Shown here one piece after another: positions 63,440 through 64,000 of a DNA stretch of 64,000 bases. Location of the stretch: contig NC_088853.1 in the NCBI RefSeq assembly GCF_963853765.1, positions 28,892,001 to 28,956,000 of the forward strand. Direction: 5' to 3'. Below the pieces are notes generated by a model. It was given only the letters and a program-made list of their open reading frames with translations, did no database searches and was not told the DNA's origin. Both the position numbers and the translations under genes were made by a program. Position 1 is the first letter of the stretch; every line of letters starts with the position of its first letter. This DNA is from Magallana gigas. Lineage: Eukaryota.

Positions 63440-63910
63440 TCATAGCTCTATAGAAACAGCCAGACTGAAATCTACACGCCCCGTTTATCGATTGGTCGAA
63501 ATCTACAGCGGCTGAAACTGACAGGACAGAAATTGACACGCCCAGTTTATCGATTGGTCGAAATCTACCACTACCTAAGAAAAATCACGGACTGCACGAA
63601 ATAACCATGATGATGTCAGATTCACAAGAGACGATTTGGCTGTTTCTTTTAGCTAACATTCTTACGTACATTAACAGTAATTTAGTGAATTTTACTTACT
63701 TTTTACGCTCAATGTTTTGATTAGTTAAAAGAAAGATGTTAATATAAACAATGAAATCCTTTTTTAATTATTCATGCGGGTTATGAAGGTAGCGATCATT
63801 GCAGAAAATTTTTACAAAACCCGCTAACGCGGGTTATGTATTTTTTCTACTATGTCACTACCCTCATATCCCGAATGAATCACCAACAAAAGCATTTTAT
63901 TATTTAAATG
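63440..63910. mobile_element. Non-autonomous element (probably Crypton-type) with a 62-bp direct repeat and a long palindrome
   Basis: ACACGCCC(C/A)GTTTATCGATTGGTCGAAATCTAC twice (units from 63467 and 63529). Imperfect ~50-bp arms at 63771-63879 around CCCGC-TAAC-GCGGG. An inverted related motif lies at ~60437. Confidence 0.55.
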
Positions 63911-64000
63911 ATAACGATGCCATCAACATGAAATTCAGTACAAGTGTACATACTTTAACATAGTTGGTTCCTCCAGGTTGTCTGGGAGCAAACCTCAACA

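Overview
AT-rich eukaryotic DNA with GT-AG introns and microsatellites. Cg170-like satellite units and HINE/pearl-type ends suggest a bivalve, probably an oyster (Crassostrea/Magallana); this is inference. I see no intact host gene, rRNA, bona fide tRNA or cas gene. The window is a nested transposon graveyard: a DUF6589 (Academ-type) transposase pseudogene, several DIRS/Ngaro, Crypton and other tyrosine-recombinase remnants, L1/Tx1 and Gypsy fragments, a Kolobok/KolX derivative, RAG1/Transib-like and KDZ-like remnants, and Ulp1-PHD and Ulp1-OTU-PHD cargo genes. Two structures are not explained by these families. (1) At 36393-36835, six ~80-nt-spaced hairpin repeats (consensus AATTAACCCCGACCATATAGGGGTAT) are separated by largely dissimilar spacers, lying between an SGNH hydrolase ORF and a gag-like ORF. 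(2) At 6030-10185, five promoter/micro-ORF/splice-donor cassettes lie upstream of a tyrosine-recombinase C-terminus. All family assignments come from motif recognition by eye, not database searches. Most boundaries are approximate.
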